Position numbers and translations under genes: made by a program. Positions 63,491 through 64,000 of a stretch of DNA of 64,000 bases are shown piece after piece (within the stretch, counting starts at the first letter, position 1; every line of letters begins with the position of its first letter). Source of the stretch: Octopus sinensis (Eukaryota). The DNA is taken from the NCBI RefSeq assembly GCF_006345805.1, contig NC_043012.1:8122001-8186000 (forward strand). The letters run 5' to 3'. The notes under the pieces were generated by a model. It had not been told where the DNA came from and searched no databases. It saw only the letters and a list, made by a program, of their open reading frames with translations.

Positions 63491-64000
63491 TGTGTGTGCA
63501 TGTGCATGCACGGAAAAGCAGATCATGAAGATGGTGATGATGATGTAGAGGAGGGGCCGTCACAGTCTTTAACGGTGTCCATAAAGTGTGCAGTTTAACA
63601 TGAATGTGACATTATTGTTAATTTAATTAACTAAAGAGGAGGGAGGGCTGGAGATGGAGAGCAGGTGAGGGGACGGCAATGATATGAATGAAAAACCAAG
63701 TGTGTCCTTGACGTTCTAGACAATTCAGTAAGAGTCAACGCCCACCTCCCCTTCGCACCGAAACTACATTCAGGTCATTGACATACGAAGGAGGAGGCAG
63801 GTGTGGGGGAGTGGGGCAGATACTCCCCCCCACCAACTTTGGGTGCACACCAGAGCAAATGTGCAACAAAGAGAGAGAGAGAGAGAGATAGCTGCATCAG
63901 CACACAGCCTGAAAATGCAGTTTGGCAGGAAGCCAACGACTGATGCAAGTGTGCAGCTATATACACACACGTGTGTGTATATTTAGACACAATAACAACA

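Larger units (their letters stand above)
26324..64000 (-). other. Probable very large upstream intron (at least 37 kb); upstream exon not found in window
   Basis: The 26323 exon has an acceptor and no start context. No further family-like coding sequence was recognised, but small or non-coding exons cannot be excluded. Confidence 0.6.

Overview
Eukaryotic, AT-rich, microsatellite- and SINE-saturated genomic DNA, most likely an octopus/coleoid cephalopod (inferred from the repeat families). The whole window appears to lie inside one minus-strand gene of the ZNF608/ZNF609 (Drosophila scribbler/brakeless) family. Two short coding exons that the ORF track misses (26167-26323 and 10812-10899) splice in frame to give ...[56 protein letters not shown]. 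Everything else is intron. It holds several tRNA-derived SINE families, RTE-related non-autonomous elements, 3' remnants of R4/Dong, Tx1, CRE and RTE LINEs, mariner and maT remnants, piggyBac/hAT/mariner MITEs, minisatellites and long near-perfect hairpins. The main observations are: (1) a complete Penelope-type hammerhead ribozyme on the gene's sense strand, locked inside a 129-bp near-perfect hairpin whose other arm is truncated within the catalytic core; (2) a SINE subfamily that shares its 3' end with a Tx1-like LINE, in a family that stacks in (TTA)n-linked arrays; (3) a circularly permuted, head-less SINE monomer flanked by a TSD-like repeat. Almost all ORF-track entries are repeat artefacts. 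Repeat boundaries were read by eye and are approximate unless a TSD or TIR is quoted.
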